Shown: positions 41,965 to 42,127 of the stretch, piece by piece
Position numbering within the stretch: position 1 is the stretch's first letter
How the letters are laid out: each line of letters opens with the position of its first letter
Assembly: GCA_035636935.1 (NCBI GenBank)
Contig: DASPYE010000202.1
Span: 1-42,127 of the forward strand
DNA: 42,127 nt
Direction of reading: 5' to 3'
Source: Candidatus Dormiibacterota bacterium
Lineage (GTDB): Bacteria > Chloroflexota > Dormibacteria > Dormibacterales > Dormibacteraceae
Program-made: the position numbers and the translations under genes
Notes under the pieces: generated by a model
Database searches by the model: none
The model's input: only the letters and a program-made list of their open reading frames with translations
Told to the model about the DNA's origin: nothing

Positions 41965-42127
41965 CTAGCGTGGTGCGACTACCGTTCTTTTCGACCGGAG
42001 CAGCTCACCGTCGATCATTGTTCCGCGACACGCCTTCGATCCACATTTGCATGCGTACGCGTCGGGGCTGTCGGCGGGGTCGCCCGGCTGCAGATTGTAG
42101 TCGTAGGTCAATTCTTCACCAGGCCGA
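41965..42127 (-). CDS. SET-domain protein (putative protein-lysine methyltransferase), C-terminal fragment
   Basis: This ORF is absent from the track because it is partial. Minus-strand translation from the right edge gives RPGEELTYDYNLQPGDPADSPDAYACKCGSKACRGTMIDGELLRSKRTVVAPR-stop (TAG at 41967-41965). GEELTYDY plus CxCGSxxCRG is the SET C-terminal / post-SET signature. Confidence 0.6.
   Translation of the reverse strand, partial: RPGEELTYDYNLQPGDPADSPDAYACKCGSKACRGTMIDGELLRSKRTVVAPR

Noticed and set aside
1-42127. Search for CRISPR arrays, IS elements, transposases, integrases, prophage genes, toxin-antitoxin pairs or known defence-system signatures.
   Set aside because: I saw no direct-repeat/spacer arrays and no DDE/tyrosine/serine recombinase motifs. 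I also saw no nuclease/ATPase gene pairs typical of defence islands. The only repeat is the 33-bp duplication in hemW.

Overview
High-GC (about two thirds G+C by eye) bacterial chromosomal window, densely coded and mostly on the minus strand. I saw no IS elements, integrases, CRISPR arrays or rRNA. Housekeeping blocks are: ftsH(5' end)-tilS preceded by two CAT-anticodon tRNAs; ftsB-like/mazG/mfd/pth/ybeY; a lepA...hemW...hrcA-grpE-dnaJ block with a CIRCE operator but no dnaK; and rsmE, a UDG-family gene, a nicotinate PRTase, mrp/apbC plus DUF971. Between about 7.5 and 20.3 kb lies a cell-envelope glycan region. It holds three SDR sugar-nucleotide epimerase/reductase genes and a GT87/DUF2029-like membrane GT. 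It also holds a tightly overlapped five-gene minus-strand operon (19159 to 11047): tandem BldC-like HTH regulator, processive family-2 glycosyltransferase, small exosortase-family protein, flippase-like/GT4 fusion, and an 883-aa GT-C-like membrane protein. The most interesting signal is in that operon. The processive GT2 synthase carries a C-terminal ectodomain ending in a PEP-CTERM-like tail (VPES, TM helix, RRRR). Its stop overlaps (ATGA) the start of a 193-aa exosortase/archaeosortase-like protein with the Cys/Arg/His signature, so the synthase looks like the cognate substrate of an XrtG-like small exosortase. Other recurring oddities are nine 4-nt NTGA stop/start overlaps. Three of these are CTGA junctions where conserved N-terminal motifs or gene packing point to CTG initiation. 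A tRNA 3' CCA shares one nucleotide with the tilS ATG. Divergent start codons lie only 5-40 nt apart. A partial bacterial SET-domain gene sits at the right edge. All functional calls come from reading motifs in the supplied translations; no database search was run.
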